Source: Paraspadella gotoi (Eukaryota; Animalia; Chaetognatha). Taken from it: a stretch of DNA of 64,000 bases. The notes under the pieces were generated by a model, which did not search any database, was not told the DNA's origin, and saw nothing but the letters and a program-made list of their open reading frames with translations. Positions 34,690-46,159 of this stretch are shown one piece after another. Positions within the stretch are counted from its first letter, which is position 1; every line of letters starts with the position of its first letter. Position numbers and translations under genes: made by a program. The stretch spans positions 4,269,453-4,333,452 of the forward strand of contig CM119267.1 in the NCBI GenBank assembly GCA_051294375.1. The letters run 5' to 3'.

Positions 34690-37640
34690 ACCAATTTATT
34701 TTGTACGATTTTTTTTTTTTAAATTCGTCGGGGTAAAATAAAAAAAAAGAAAATAAAAAAATGTCAACCGAATTATCTTCCAAAGAGATGAGGGATCGTG
34801 GAAAACGAGATCGATCCTTAATTCTCGGCTCGATTCATTTTCGCGAAGAAGGCGGGGAACAAAGCGACGTTGAAATCTGGTTTCGGGGAGAGAGAGACAC
34901 CAAAACGCGCTGGACTCCCCTCCTCCTCTTTTTTTTATTCAAATAGCCAAAGTCGCCAGCTTCGCTTTTTTTTATCCCCTTTTCGATTAACTGCCACGAA
35001 CTGCATATCTCCTCGATCGCTAAGAGATTAAAATTGCGCGTAGTCGCCGTCGCCTCTCCTCAACCGAGGATAATGGGACCCCTTTACACCTAACCTTTTT
35101 GATCTCTCTCCCTCTCTCTCCGCTCTCTTACGCTCAGTTTTTTAATTACCTTTTTTTGTAGTATTAAATGTTTTTTTTTTGTCCCCAGCTGATTTTTCTC
35201 GCTCGGACTGATTATATATAATATATGTATAACCAAAGAGAATGGGGAATGTTGATTAGATTTGAAAGGTCTATAAAAAATATTTGCTCAGAAATAGCAG
35301 TCGTTACCCTCCACTGTTTTGAGTTGATTACTCGCTTCATCGTCGGAAATTGTGATTTTTTTTCATTTATTAGTTCCCGATTTTGTATTAGGGGACGAGT
35401 TAAAAAAAAACTATCGAAAAATCATATTGGCTTTTTAGTTTTCGTATAAAAAATATATATTATTCTTTCATAACCTTTAAAAGTGCCAATGATTTTTGTG
35501 TTAAATTTAAGCACGAAAACCGGTATTGTACTGGAGAATTTCTCAACTGGGGACATGTTTATGACGTATAATATGCGTTGACTTTTTCCAAGTATCGGAG
35601 AGCTCTTCATCCACTGTAGTGTGAATCTCTCTTGCTATGAAAGTATTCAACAACAATAAATAATTCATTAGCTTAATTGTACCTCATGAATCCAATTTGT
35701 GGAAGGGACCTCTGGATTTTCTTCGTATGGTTGAAATTCCAGTTCCAAGCGGCCTTCTGGATCTACTTGCGTCGCTTCAATATCTCCATCGCTGAAAGAT
35801 TAAGGCTATAATTATTTACAATATATGTTTAAGTATAAGTATAAGTGTTTGTTATAAAGACTTAAAAACCCCAAACAATAAAAATAAAAGAAAAAAAAAT
35901 TTTAGGTGATCAATATGCGAGTCTCTGTCTTACTTGTAACATTCCTTAGTTGAAGATAGTGATCATACAATTGATCGATTATTTCGTAATATATGTGCAC
36001 GGTTTTACCAACGTCTGTTGAGAGAGTTGAACGTGACGTGAAGTGAACGACGGTGAAAAGTTTAAGGTCTTAATCACCCACAGATCTTAATGAAAGTTAT
36101 TGGCTATTCCAATAAACATCTACTCTTGTTTATTCGTATTTTTGACGATTTTTATTCGTTATTCCATTTGCGTTTTAAGCTATTTATTGCATTCCTTATT
36201 CCTGCTTATGTTATATTTTTAATGAGTTCTTATATTAAAAAAATATGGAATGACTTTGTAGCAGTATTATGAGTGCATTTTCTGTTTTGGCCAAGTTGAG
36301 ACTTTTTTAGGTTGGAAAAAAAATATATGGATTCAATCCCTTTTTTTTTTTGACGTCGCTGTGTTAGTTCTCTCTTTCCAATTATGTCAGCTTTATTATT
36401 TATTTTGTTTTAAACGTTATCAGTCAGTTAACGTTTTTTCAGCCAGTGGCTTTTTATCTAGCAAAACCTGCATCCGAATTTCGTCAATGTTTTAAACTTT
36501 GAAATGTCTGTTTTTTTATTGAATTCATGTATATTAACTTAGTATTTTTTAAGGGAATGTTTATATGTGAATTAGTTTTTTGTATTTTGCTCGTCATAGT
36601 GCAACTGAACTTACGAAAAATGACTTATACTCCGTGTTTTTAAAATCTATGTTTGGCCTTTTTACGTTGGTTTTAACACGATTTCTTATTTCTTTTTGCG
36701 CTTTAGTGATGAGAAAAAGATACTAATATTACGGTGAATATGCAATTTTTTTCGTTTTAACATTTTGAAAATTGAAAACCAACGTCATTATGGGTATATT
36801 GGCAGTTACGCCACTGCACAATACAGATGCTTATAGTTATACACAAAAGCTAATTTAGCGAACAAACATAAATTATAGGTACTGCTAAGTCATATTTTTA
36901 GGTTAACGCTCTGGAGCATGATTTATTTTCCTGTTAGGAATCCGATAATTAGTCTTATACTATTATTGCTGACTTTCTATGAAGAATTGAGTTGAATCAA
37001 TATTTAAAATTAGATAATGATTGAACAATTATTTCTAGTCAAATTATTCAGAATAGACATAGGCGGCTACCTGAATTAACTGAGTAACGTTTTTTTAGGT
37101 ATGCTCAATATATATACATATATTCTTGATCGTCAGTGGCCACCAGACATCTTAGTTTACTATTTATTTAGTATCATGTCATCGTTGCCAAACGCAACGC
37201 ACATCATTGGCCCACTAATTATCAGGCGATGAAACAATTACGAGTAAAATCGAGCAAAATTAAATTACAATTAAAATTTAAATCCCGCGAGAGGTGGTTT
37301 TTTTTTTCTCATCTGGTTTTACCATTTTAAGTATTAGGTAAAGGAATGATTTGTTTTTCCTTATTTTTGACCTCCCTCTACTTCTCCCGAAATCTTTTGG
37401 TTTTTTTTTCTCTGTCGTTCGATGTCCCTTTTCGCTGCTATTGATTCTATTGTCTCTTGATCTCATCTTTATTCACTGCTTAGATTTTGAGGCGAGTGGA
37501 TGAGCGACGCGTAGTGGCTCTCGTCTCTTCCAGATCGGGATTCCTGGGGAAGAAAAAAAAGGGGGCTAATTTAGTCATTTCGAATCAAGAAAAACTTTAG
37601 CATTCCAAAAACTCGGAAAGCGGAAGGGGGAAAAAAGTAG

Positions 37641-40600
37641 ATGGCGTCGTTGGTTTTCTACGGTCGCCTCGTCTCCCGCGCCGTTGGCGGTACCGTCGTT
37701 CCCGATTCGTGTAAGGAAGGCGCGCCCCCTCGGGGCCGGTCCACCGCGTCGCCGGCTGCTCCTCTACAGCCGCGTCGTGCGACGACCGCCTCTCGAGTCT
37801 CGTGGCTGCTTTTCCAGCGCTCTTTACCGCCGATCCGCGCCGCCCTTTCTTCTTCTTTCCCATGTTCCGTCTTTTGCGAGCGACTCTTGACTCGTTTGTC
37901 TCCTGACAATGCTGCCCTCGTTGGCGCCGGCGCCCTTCCTCCTCTGCTCCGCCCGTTTTGCAGTTCCGCCGTCGCCTCTCCGCTCGAGTCGGAACCGGAC
38001 GCCCGGAGCGTTTTAGCTTTGAGGCTCGTCACCGCCAACTTTGGTTTCGCCAAGGACAATTTTCCGCCGTCGGCTCGGCGCGTTGGAACTTCCCCGGGAT
38101 GGATGGAATCCGTGCGGCGCCGACTTAGGCGCGGCGAAGATGAGGCGTCGACAGATCCGTCGCCCACTGCTCGGCCAACGCCTGAAAGGGCGGCGTGCTT
38201 CGGGGATGATTCGTTTTTCGTCACAGCCAATCAAGCGGGTGACGTTTTGGGTGAGTAGAAATGGACATAATTTACTTATTAAAAAAAAAAAAAAAAAAAA
38301 AATTCGACCTTAATAATGATTAACGCCCTCGGTCCTCATTTTGTTTAGGCGTGGCTGATGGCGTCGGCGGATGGCGCACCTATGGCATCGACCCTTCTCT
38401 CTTCTCTTCCTCGCTGATGGCCAATTGCCAGCGCGTCGTCAACGAAGGCAGATCTCGACTCGACGCGCCCAAGACCATCATCGCCACGGGATACTACGAC
38501 CTCATGGAACGGAGCAGGAAAACCGCATCTCAGAGACGCGGGTGAGAGATTGACTATCAGGAACGCAAACCAATGACCAAAAAGACAATACTACAGGGAA
38601 ATATTTTGTTATTTTTTTTGGTAAACTAAACTAATCGGGGCTAAATTGTACATTCGCTGACCGTGATTTTCCGGTCGGTTTTTTTTGTTTTTCGCTTCTT
38701 ATGAGCGATGTATTGAAATATCATTATGTAAAAAAAAAGGATATTGGTAAGAGCAGAAAAATTTTGAATAAAAAAATGTTTTTTGGAAACTACCCCTAAC
38801 CTTAACCACCGTTTAACCATTAAAGAAATAATAAAAATTGTAATTAAGATAAATTAAAAATAATTATTCAAACATGGAGCTTTTCTTTTGCCAATTAACA
38901 AAGAATGTATGAAAAAAGTACAGAAGGTTTCATATTATAAAATGAGGTACCGTTTTTTTGTCACCAGAATCTGTTCCGTAAAAACTACTGAACCAAATTT
39001 ATTGAAATTTAGTATGAACGAGATACTTATGTGAATACAAATAAAATTATCAAAGCGAATTTCGATATTTGACCCCTGAGCCGAGATATGGTGAGTCACA
39101 TTTTTTGCCCCTCAGGGTCACCATATTATGGTGACCCTTAGGGGCAAAAAATATTTTTAAAACTATTAAATTATTTTTATTTTGATCAGTTGTACAGACG
39201 TTTATTTTTCCACAAAAATATATTTATTACCACAAAAATATTAATTAGTTTACCTTAATTTTCAGCTTCATGAACAACAGCGGTTCAGATTTGGAATAAT
39301 TTGTGAAAGTTGGAAGTAAAACGATGAACCATTCATCTTCATACTTCAAACAATGCTTAATTATCAAAAATTTATTTATTTAAAAATTAAAATTAAAAAT
39401 TAAATATTGTGTTAATTTTTTCTTTTGGCTATTTGTGTAATATTAGAAAAAACGAAAATTTGGAATGGTAACAACAAATGATTTTTTATATTTAAGACTC
39501 GAATCCTATTCCTAAATCCGATTTTTAAATATTAAAAATCGTTTGTTGTTACCATTCCAAATTTTCGTTTTTTCTAATAAAAATTAAATAAAATTTTTAG
39601 CCTTTTTTGGTCTTCCAGGGATCCAGACCAGAGCCCCCCAGCTATAATATTAATATTTATTTATATTTTTTTGTTTCTTCATTTTTTAAATATTTTTTTT
39701 TAGTTTAAAAAAGCTATTATTGCTTATTTAGTATTATTCGAAAGTAACGTTACCATGAGTTTTATTTAAAATTTACGTTCCCACCTGATCGAATTTCATG
39801 AAATTTTACGATATAATCATCATACTAAATAAGCAATAATAGCTTTTTTAAACTAAAAAAAATATTTAAAAAATGAAGAAACGAAAAAATATAAATAAAT
39901 ATTAATATTATTGCGCATACTGAAACAAGACGTTAGAGGGAAAACAAAAGTCATGTGATTGACAAATCACAGACCGGTGGTAGTTCAAGTTGGTTACGAT
40001 CTCCGAAAATTCAAATTACCCCTAACCTTATTACAAGTATTCGTATAAGAGTATAAAAAAAACTTTTAGGAAAACTGAATAAATAGATATGGAAAATAAT
40101 GTAAACTGCTACAATATGCAAATAAGATTGAGGAACTCGAGAAGAAAAATTACTCTGCTACATACTTTGTCATGTCATTTACGTTTACGTCATAAACGTT
40201 CTTTTTAAAGGGCTTCCCCCCCGACGTCGAGTTTTCGTTCTTCGGGCCTCGTCGGCAGCAGCACCGTCTGCATCGTGGCGTTCGACCGGGAGACTCAGCA
40301 TCTTCACGCGGCCAATCTCGGCGACTCGGGCTTTGCCATCGTCAGGAACGGAAAGGTGGGCGTTAGTCGTTTTGAGCGCCGGTTTAATTTAATTTAATTT
40401 TTATTAAAACTTTTTTTTTGTCTTGACTTTTAGGTGATTCAACGCTCGCGAGAGCAGCAACACTACTTCAACACACCTTTTCAACTCTCCCTACCTCCAC
40501 GACCATCTTCTCGGAACAACACCGCCATGCTGCAGGTATTGGGGACATTATAAACATTTTATTATTTCTTTTTCTTTTCCATTTTTTTTTTTCCCCAGGA

Positions 40601-40919
40601 TTCGCCAGATATGGCGGATTCGTCATCGACGGCGGTGAAGGAGGGCGACGTGATCCTCGTCGCCACCGACGGCCTATGGGACAATCTGGACGAGGCGATG
40701 ATCCTCGAGGAAATCTCGGCGAATCTCAAAGATCCCACGGACGAGGAGAGCGTGTCTCGGACAGCGAGAGCGTTGGCCACGCGCGCTCGCGATCTCGCCT
40801 TCGATCCGCTCTACATGTCGCCCTTCGCTCGGAACGCGCGGGCCGCTGGCATCGATAAGGTCGTGGGCGGAAAGCCCGACGACATCACCATCATCCTCTC
40901 CGCCGTCGCCGCCAGATAG
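37641..40919 (+). CDS. PPTC7: Protein phosphatase PTC7 homolog (mitochondrial PP2C)
   Basis: Approximate exons are 37641-38250, 38349-38541, 40211-40355, 40434-40534 and 40599-40919. Presequence [17 protein letters not shown], then [50 protein letters not shown] and GGKPDDITI. Confidence 0.95.
38791..40030. mobile_element. AT-rich non-autonomous repeat element or nest with three long palindromes, in PPTC7 intron 2
   Basis: Hairpins at 39100-39152, 39441-39579 and 39644-39911. A 14-bp direct repeat TACCCCTAACCTTA occurs at 38791 and 40017. No ORF, and the intron (1.67 kb) is far longer than the typical <110 nt. Confidence 0.65.
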
Positions 40920-41155
40920 CGAAAAAGAGGAGGAGGAGGAGGAGCTCTTTAGTTTCCTTGCATCCGGTTTAGTCGTTATCGCTCAGTCCCTTTTTTGGAT
41001 CTCCTTTCCCTCTCCGCTTGAGCCACGTTGACACGTTGATCCCAACTCAGTTCAGATATATATTTATATTTTTAGCTCATCGATCCGCGATATCGCGTTC
41101 ACCACGATTCACTTCACCACAAGGACGACTACAAAGATACACAGCATGAGGTCAA

Positions 41156-41158
<3 letters not shown>

Positions 41159-41236
<78 letters not shown>
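41159..41236. repeat. (CT)n microsatellite between PPTC7 and ATG12
   Basis: Perfect TC run of ~78 nt. Confidence 0.95.
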
Positions 41237-41239
<3 letters not shown>

Positions 41240-41847
41240 TCTTCGAGAAATCGGCGAAGAATTGAACGGGTTTCAAACTTGGACTCTCAACTTCCCGTTC
41301 GTTTCCTCGAATTTTTTTTAATTTATTATTCCATCGATTCGCTTTGCTTTAACTGCATCGCTGACAGGTTTTTTTACGGGAGAGCACACGAATTTCGGAA
41401 ATATTTTTTGGAGAAAAATGTGAGGGTATAACGTTTAACGTATAACGCCTTTCGGTTAATTGTGAATTAAAAAGATTCCCCCGTCTACCCAGCTCTGTAC
41501 TTCAAATCCGGAATCTTCAAATTTAATTATGACGAAGCTATATTATTTTTGTTTATATTTTTTGCCATTTGTTTAAATGGTTTTGACCTCAAAAGTTTTT
41601 TTTTTTCCTAAATGTTTTCTTCTCGGAATTCTGTGCCAGAAAAATGTTTCGAACCGAATTTATCGGAATTGACAATAAAGAGCGCTACTACTCAAAATAG
41701 ATTGAATCCTCTTGTTTTTTGTGTTTTTTTTTTAATCCCCCGACTCTTTTTGTTATATCGAGTATATAACTGTATACATATTGCAGCTTCTGTCAAAATG
41801 ACACTTGGCTCTATTATTGATTCTCTGACTCACGTTTTCACGTCATC

Positions 41848-42928
41848 ATGAGCGAATCACCGCCGATCATTTCCGGCGCTTCCGCCGGCGCCGCGTCCAG
41901 TCCAGCCGCCTCCAAACAAAGCGTCGTCGTTTTGCTCAAAGCCGCCGGTAATAAAATTGATAGGATTGAATAAAAATAAGAATCGCCTCTTCCCTTTTCC
42001 CTCCCTCTTCTCCTTAGATGTCCATGTCCATGTTTTTATCGTCGCAATCGCTTAGCGTTTGCGACGATATTGTAACGCTTTTGCGCATAAGTGTCGTCGA
42101 CGTCGTTCCAAATTATAGATCTCCTTTTTTATGATTAAATTTGGGTGTATGAAGCTGAAAATTTATATACAGCTTCTCATCATCGATGTGCTTAAAATTG
42201 AGTCTGGACAGTTATTAAATATGTTTTGTTTACGTTTTATCTAAACAAACAAATTTTCTCTCTTTTATTTTTATATTTCTTTCTCTCTCTCTTTTCTCTT
42301 TTAATTACATGTCTCTCTCTCTCTTTTCCCTAGTCACTGATTCATAGAGAAAGGGAAAAAAAACGAGTCTGCAGCTGGCTCTGCAGGGGCTTATTCTTTT
42401 CTCAAATTTGATTTTTTTAGTATCAAAATTTGTCATCAATCCAGATTTTTCTCACGCGATTGCGACGATCCTTATGCTTTTAAGATTTTTTTAATAATCC
42501 TTGATTCAGGCGACGCACCCATCATGAAGAAAAAGAAGTGGTCCGTCGATCCAACGAATAAAGTCGGATGGATCATCGACTTCATCAGAAAATACATTCG
42601 GTGCGGCGATGACGAAGGCTATGAATGATTATTAATATGTAAATTGAATAGAAACACTAAGTAGATGATATTTGATATGAAATTATGTAGGACGGGGTTA
42701 TATATACCTCATACAACTATATGCAAATGAGATGAGTTTTCTCATTTGTCAATTTTTCAATCGTTTCCACCGTTCGTCTCCAGCTGCGAACCAGACGAAT
42801 CCCTTTTCGTCTACGTGAATCAATCCTTTTCTCCGGCGCCCGACACCGAAATCCGCGCCCTTTACGAATCATTCGGAGCGGACGGAAAACTCATTCTTTA
42901 CTACTGCAAGACGCGGGCTTGGGGTTGA
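41848..42928 (+). CDS. ATG12: Ubiquitin-like autophagy protein ATG12
   Basis: Three exons (~41848-41947, 42510-42600, 42784-42928): VVVLLKAAG|[13 protein letters not shown]...IDFIRKYIR|[20 protein letters not shown]...[18 protein letters not shown], ending in the conjugating Gly. Confidence 0.96.
42033..42490. mobile_element. Non-autonomous Helentron/DINE-1-like (or MITE) element in ATG12 intron 1
   Basis: Perfect 14-bp inverted repeat ATCGTCGCAATCGC (42038-42051) / GCGATTGCGACGAT (42456-42469), an additional 5' stem-loop at 42038-42068, an internal CT-rich tract and T-run flanks. Confidence 0.7.
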
Positions 42929-43569
42929 AACCCGAACGACGGGCCTGGAGGGACTCGGAACTCTTCCTCCGGGCGGGGAGGGGTCGGGGCCCACGGGATA
43001 GATGGAATTGCCTCCGTCGATCGGAGCGGCAGCGAAACGAAATGAAAAGAAGAGACAAAAAAAAACAAAAAAAACTAGTTGTATTCGCCGATTTCTCTTT
43101 AACTCGTTCCAGATTCTCTCTCGTTGTCTCATTTCGTATTATTTCCTAATTTTTCCGTTATCGTTCACATTTATTTTAGCCAATGATCGTTTGTAATTTT
43201 ATGTGCCGAGGGAAATTTGTGGATTTCGTGGACTCGTTTGCCGACGTCGTACGCTCTCTTTTTTTCCCTCTCGCCGCCACCGACGCACAACTGACATAAT
43301 CTCACTCGTAGGCACGAATTTTTTCCTCCCAACTCGTTTCCCTCAACAAATCTCTGCGTTTAGACTCGAGTCCTTTTCTCATCCTTGCTCAAATGTAGAA
43401 TCGCAAATTAGGGAGGTTTAGAATTAGAATAATCACAACCGAAAAGAGAATAGAAAAATTCGTCTACTCTCAGTCTTTGACATAGGTAATTTAAAGACAA
43501 AAACCAAGCGCTCATTTTCTTCAATCGACGCGCTTCTTTGAAAATTAGAATTCCCAAAGGAAAAAAAAA

Positions 43570-44773
43570 ATGAGTTCGCGGACGAATTGGTGTGATTTCG
43601 ACGAAGCCTCGGTTCTCCTCGACTCGACCCACCCGCACTGTTCCGGCCGCCCCTGCACCTGTCCGGGGCCCTGTCTGGGTCGACCCTGCACCTGCTCTGG
43701 ACCGGCCACCGGCCGACCCTGCCGGGGCGACTCTCTCTTCGATCCGTCCTCGACCCCCGAACAAAAGTCTGCCTTGCTCGCCTCGTGCAGCGTCGTTCCT
43801 CGAGAGTTTAGAGACACGGATTTGCTCGAGGTTCGTCTATCGAGTCTCCTTCCCCCCCTTTTTTTAGGGGGGGTGGTGGAGGGAAGAGGAATATTTTTAT
43901 CTAATGACCAAACTCTCCCCCACACTTTTTAAGAGCCTCGACGACGCCATGCGGGAATCCCCCGTTCCCGGAGGCCGCCTCTCTGTATCGTCCGGAGCGG
44001 CATCGAGCGGCGGGGTTCCGCTCAGCGGCGGTCAAACCCCCGCCTCGTCCCGCGTCACTTTCGTCATGCATCAAAGGTGCCTGACGCAATGTTTTTTAAG
44101 CCAAATAAAAATCTTAGAATTATACTAGCTGGGTAAACAAATATTGATCTTTTCTTCCCTCAGCACCGAGCGCCTTCTTCAAGACGCCCAGAATGCCTCA
44201 TCTCCTCCACGCGAACGTCGCTCCCCTTCGCCGTCCCACCGCCTATCCCCTTCCCTCTTTGTCGCCAGTCCGGATCTGCTCAGTCTTCACAGCGAGAGTC
44301 CGATGCCGGGAGATCAATCCCCAGGCGGCGTCGCCGCCGGCGCTCGTGACCGCCGCTGCTTCGACCGCGTCGCCGCCGCCGCCGCCTCCCTTCAATCTCA
44401 GGTCCGCTCCGGCGCCATCGACTCCGCCAAAGTCGTTGGGGACGGCGATCAGGTCGATTGGGTCTGGGATTGGTCCAGTCGTCCGGAAGCCACGCCCACC
44501 TCGGAGGCTCACTTCGAACATCACGGCGACGAACGGCGCCGGAACGCCGATGACGCCGGCAACCTCGTCTTGTTTCGTCTCGAGTAAGCGCGGCCGTGGA
44601 ATTGAATTTTAAATTAGCGGGAATGAACAATTAAAGGGATTAAGTGATAATTAAATTCGTTCAATAGGATTTTTTCTTGGGCTAATCTTCCCGTTCTCCT
44701 CATGTCTCACGTCACCACCTTCTTTCTGGGCGCCGCCTTGGCGTTCGTCTGGGTCAAAAAAGCCCGCCATTAG
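43570..44773 (+). CDS. BNIP3: BNIP3/NIX-family mitophagy receptor
   Basis: Approximate exons are 43570-43829, 43934-44076, 44164-44583 and 44668-44773. TERLLQDAQ (cf. MEKILLDAQ), DWVWDWSSRPE, and a C-terminal tail-anchor helix LPVLLMSHVTTFFLGAALAFVWVKKARH*. The start codon is less certain. Confidence 0.9.
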
Positions 44774-45314
44774 CGCCGCCGATGAAAAAGATCCATTTTC
44801 GAACATCAAGAACAAATACTTTTGCTTTGAACGTTTGCACGCGTTTTTTTTTCCAAAAAAAGTTTAACGATAGGAGATATAGATTTTATATATATCATTT
44901 ATTAACTTTATGCTCTACGAGTAGCCTGATAAAAATAGATCGATCCTAGACTTTTTTTTTCATTTCAATGCCATCTCCTATTTACAAGTACATAATTTCT
45001 ATTTTTAAGTTAAACTAGTTTTTTTTTTCCCCTATTTATTGCTTTTCAAACTCTTGTATTTAAATTACATTGATATTGAATGTTACGCCTCAACGGCATT
45101 TGTCTGTTTCGCAATGGTTAAATTTCTTTGTCTGTGACATTTATCTTATATGATGTTATCGAGAAAACGAAGTTTGTCGTTAAGATTCGCGACGTTCGTC
45201 GTCTTTTAATTTATATAACTTTTTTCGAAATAAAACCAGTTTCGCGATTATATAACTTTTTTTCGTCATTGATTACCGATCGCCTTGTAATTTTCTTTTG
45301 TTCGTCCCCGGAAG

Positions 45315-45842
45315 ATGTCAGGCGGAAGAGACGCCAAGGGTCCGGGTTGGGATCCCAGGCAAACCTACGACGTTTCCGACAATGAATTGAAGCTCATGGA
45401 AAAGCGAAAGGCGATGAGGGCTCAGCTGAAGGCTCATTGGCAGAAAGAGATAACCAATCCCCACGTTAGGGTAGGTTTGAGATTTTTTTTCGAATTTCTC
45501 GTTCGGAGAGATAATTCGAGAGATAACGTCAGATGAGATACAAATCGGCAATACTAAGAAGCTCCCACAGCCGGTTTATTGATCTTCTCCCCCCCCCAGG
45601 GATATGGTGGTTATGTCTTCGATCCTCAAATTCAACGAAGGGCAGCCACTCGCGCTTCCATGTACGATTATTTTCGATTCAATGCCCGCAACACCAGGAG
45701 CCTCATGCTGTACACCATCATCCCCATTTGGATCACATACGTTCTGGCCAAATGGGAGCGGTATCGCAGACACCAGGAATATATGTCGGGAACCGTCGCC
45801 TACGAGCACAAGTTATACATGCTGGACTCCTACAACTATTAG
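45315..45842 (+). CDS. NDUFB4: Complex I accessory subunit NDUFB4 (B15)
   Basis: Two exons (45315-45470, ~45600-45842): RKAMRAQLKAHWQKEITNPH...GYVFDPQIQR...MYDYFR, a single TM segment, and ...SGTVAYEHK. Size ~130 aa fits the family. Confidence 0.85.
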
Positions 45843-46159
45843 ATACATAATATATACGTATATGATGAATAGTATTTTGTAAGATATCGTTATTCGGGTG
45901 AGTTTTGCACGTAAGGTGAACAAAGTTTTTGGACTATAGAACATTTGTGTCGACAAAATTGTTTTTCATTTTAGAAACTTTTGAAATCATTATTAAAAGA
46001 AATGTTCATCGCCACCTTTTTTCTTTTTTTTCCGCAACAGCGAATAAGAGGTAATAATGGGTAAAAAAAGATGAGGTGGCGCGTTAGTCGCCAAAGGCGC
46101 CGAGGAAAACGAATCTCGAGATCTCGTTAAGTATTAAAAAAACAAAAAAACAATTGAAA

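Noticed and set aside
38791-38810. Interstitial telomere array
   Set aside because: Only one or two CCTAA-like units are present, better explained as part of the intronic repeat element.
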